From Neoechinorhynchus agilis (lineage: Eukaryota > Animalia > Acanthocephala): DNA of 64,000 nucleotides. The stretch lies in assembly GCA_051530055.1 (NCBI GenBank), contig CM121341.1, positions 12,812,784 through 12,876,783 on the forward strand, written 5' to 3'. Position numbers and translations under genes: made by a program. The notes under the pieces were generated by a model that made no database searches, was not told the origin of the DNA, and worked only from the letters and a program-made list of their open reading frames with translations. Below, in pieces: positions 61,601 to 64,000 of this stretch (the stretch's first letter is position 1; every line of letters begins with the position of its first letter).

Positions 61601-62347
61601 AAGATGTCATAGTACGCATCAATATTTTAGCGACCAAGTCCTTTTATTTCGACGACGACGACGATGATCACCAAATATTCTACCCGAAAAAAACCTACCT
61701 CAAGGTTCTCCACTGTCCCTATTTTATTTCTGATTGCCATGCAACTAATGGCATATTTTAATAAGGATGGTGTTAAGATTTTTATATACGCTGACGATAT
61801 AAGTGCAGTATTATATACCAACAACTCATGGGAATTACCTATTTTACTAAACGAGCTTGTTATTTTTATCAATAAAAATGCATCAGTAATGGGTCTTAAA
61901 CTGAACCCGGATAAAACTAAAATCATGGCTGTAGCAGGTAGCAATTACGTAAACAAAAAGCTTAATTCAATAATCAGAACTAGATTTTTACATACTCTAG
62001 ATCAAAACAACATTGTCGGTTATTTATGTTTTAATAAAATCAAAATTTTGGGCTAAAATTTTAACTCAAAATTAAACGAAAAATTAGACCTGACACAATT
62101 TAAAAAAATCTTAAAAATTGCCAAACGTAACTGTACAAGAGCGTTGAGGCTTCAACTGAGTTATAAAAGACAATATTGTATTTGGAAAACATGGGCAATT
62201 GCGACCTTAACCTTTTTTAGTTGCGGTCGTCCACCCGAACAGCGGCCTATATTCGGTGAGGCCCTTCTACAAAATGCGTCCTTTTTAAGACAAAAAGAGA
62301 AGATGGAACTGGTCAGGAGGATGAATTACTGGTTGCAAGTATTATAA
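58669..62347 (+). mobile_element. LINE copy C, near full-length and heavily degraded
   Basis: ORF1 homologous to copy A (CNICLQWGHW, CANCGGSH); LQWNSCG, IQEAK, GDFND; YADDI, LKLNPDKT. Confidence 0.88.
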
Positions 62348-62447
62348 ACAAACGAATAACATAACTTCCATGTTTGAAAATTAACCGCTCTCACGTGTGT
62401 TTGTATTGTATTATATAACCATCGAAACTAACTGAGATCTGTGGTTC

Positions 62448-62756
62448 TCAGTTAAAGTTCTCAATCCATTTGATGCAATAGATAAGATCACCCTCAAACG
62501 TTGACTTATCATACGGTATCCAGGGAAACACTGATTCAGGGAAATCATCGCCATAATCTTTCTTCAGATGAACGTATTCTTTGTACTTAGGATTACCTTC
62601 AACGATTGCTTCCATATCCTTAAATTTGTCATCCGAATCCGGGTCCGCATAATACTTCACATCCATCCGTCTAATCTCCGCATCTCTTTTCATTTGATGT
62701 CTTAAACTGTCATTTCCTCCGACTATCCGGTCTCCGAATACCGAGGAAACGCCCAA
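62448..62756 (-). CDS. Hypothetical 102-aa acidic/aromatic ORF
   Basis: Clean ATG ORF between two TE remnants; no recognisable domain. Confidence 0.35.
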   Translation of the reverse strand: MGVSSVFGDRIVGGNDSLRHQMKRDAEIRRMDVKYYADPDSDDKFKDMEAIVEGNPKYKEYVHLKKDYGDDFPESVFPWIPYDKSTFEGDLIYCIKWIENFN

Positions 62757-62879
62757 CGCAACCGGGCCGCCAGGGGCCCGTCAAATCACGTTATGGGAAT
62801 CTGGTCAAATCCCGCGATCGCTTCAACCGGCGACACCAGAAAATCCGTCGACGGTCCCTGATGAAGCCGGCAGCCTTCC

Positions 62880-64000
62880 TTCCGCTGCTGATCTCGTGCT
62901 TGTTCTTACCAGGAACATTCTGAAACGGATCCCAAAGGGCGCAGGATATCTAGCAGCTAACGGATTCACCACACTTCTGCTGGACTGCTTCGAGCAAAAT
63001 TCAGTCCTGATATACACGGCTCTTTGCTTTCCCCAGACTTGTACTTTCCGCTGGCGACAGTTCGGAGAAATCCCTCACTGCGGTAATCAAAAGACGCTTC
63101 GTTTCCTTCGAGAAAAGTTTCTCGGGCACTCGTCGTTTAGCAAAGGAGGATCCCAAACAACGTGTGAGTGAGACTAACTGCCATCGAACATCGACGAGAT
63201 CGCTTGCTGAGCGCGTATCGTCAAAACGCGCCGATGGAGATGTTCGGGGAGCCCTCATAGACACTCCATTTCGACAGTTGAACTGAGAATGGCCATATCC
63301 TTCATCAATGGCTCTGGCTATGGCCTCGATGGGATTCGTCCTCAGCACCTAAAGGGTATGATGTCGTTCTCAGTTGGAGATGCAGGGCTCTCCCTTGCTA
63401 CCCATCTTTGTCGACTAGTCGACCTTTTCATCGAAAAAAATTTACATCCACGGGTAATTGAGTTACTTTTGGCGCATCTTTGCGCGCTTTGAACAAAAAG
63501 ACTGGTGAGATTCGTCCTATCGCCGCTGGCTCTGCTCTACGTCGGCTCGCGGGTAAAATCCTTTGCAAGCGTATTGCAGAAGAGGTAGGGCAGCAACTTC
63601 GCCCAGTACACCCCGCGGGTTCGAAGCAATTGTCAGAGCACTCCGCCAGTTCATCACCAATAGTTCAACGCCGTGTGTGATTTTGAAATACGACTTTACA
63701 AATGCCTTCAATTCCATTCACCGTACCGCTCTGTTTGAGGCACTCAAAAGTCACGCGCCAGAAGCTTTTCCTTATTTTCTCAACGCATACGTGGCCCCGA
63801 CTCCTTTGCTGTTCAACGACCACCTCATTTGTCCGAAAGAGGAATACATCAGGGAAACCCACTCGGTCCAATCGCTTTCTCTCTTGCAGCGAATCCAATA
63901 GCGCACTCTCTCCAATCCAGCTTTAACGCTTGGTATCTGGATGACGCTACGCTCGGAGCTGATCCCTCCGTAGGACTGCGAGATTGGGCGTTGAGCTTAA
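62880..64000 (+). mobile_element. CRE-like non-LTR retrotransposon RT region, degraded, running off the window
   Basis: KRIPKGA, GLDGIRPQHLK, KKTGEIRPIAAG..LRRLAGK, KYDFTNAFNS, WYLDDATLG. Confidence 0.88.

Noticed and set aside
62858-62885. CTGATGAAGCCGG hammerhead-like start
   Set aside because: No closing stem II or GAAA follows; it lies at the edge of CRE-like sequence

Overview
Eukaryotic, AT-rich DNA, most likely from a compact-genome invertebrate (inferred from a muscle-LIM gene, a Polyhomeotic-like gene, an EMAP-II-bearing TyrRS and mostly 45-110 nt GT-AG introns). Recognisable host genes: CSRP/MLP-like LIM, a minimal Polyhomeotic-like HD1+SAM gene, DHX36, two near-identical intronless vigilin-like multi-KH genes, a DUF866/CZIB gene, a Tctex-1 dynein light chain, mevalonate kinase, cytosolic TyrRS and a decayed mitochondrial PheRS. 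Non-genic content includes a 6.6-kb 217-bp satellite, two interleaved segmental duplications, and many retroelement remnants (Penelope-like, CRE-like, Gypsy, CR1/L2-like, and an APE-RT LINE family present as three tandem copies). The most striking unannotated layer is a dense set of minimal hammerhead-ribozyme motifs, about 8 Penelope-type plus a tRNA-headed SINE-like family carrying two hammerhead cores. Several are arranged as outward-facing inverted pairs, one of which is a 140-bp palindrome. All calls come from reading the sequence by eye; no database searches or folding calculations were run.
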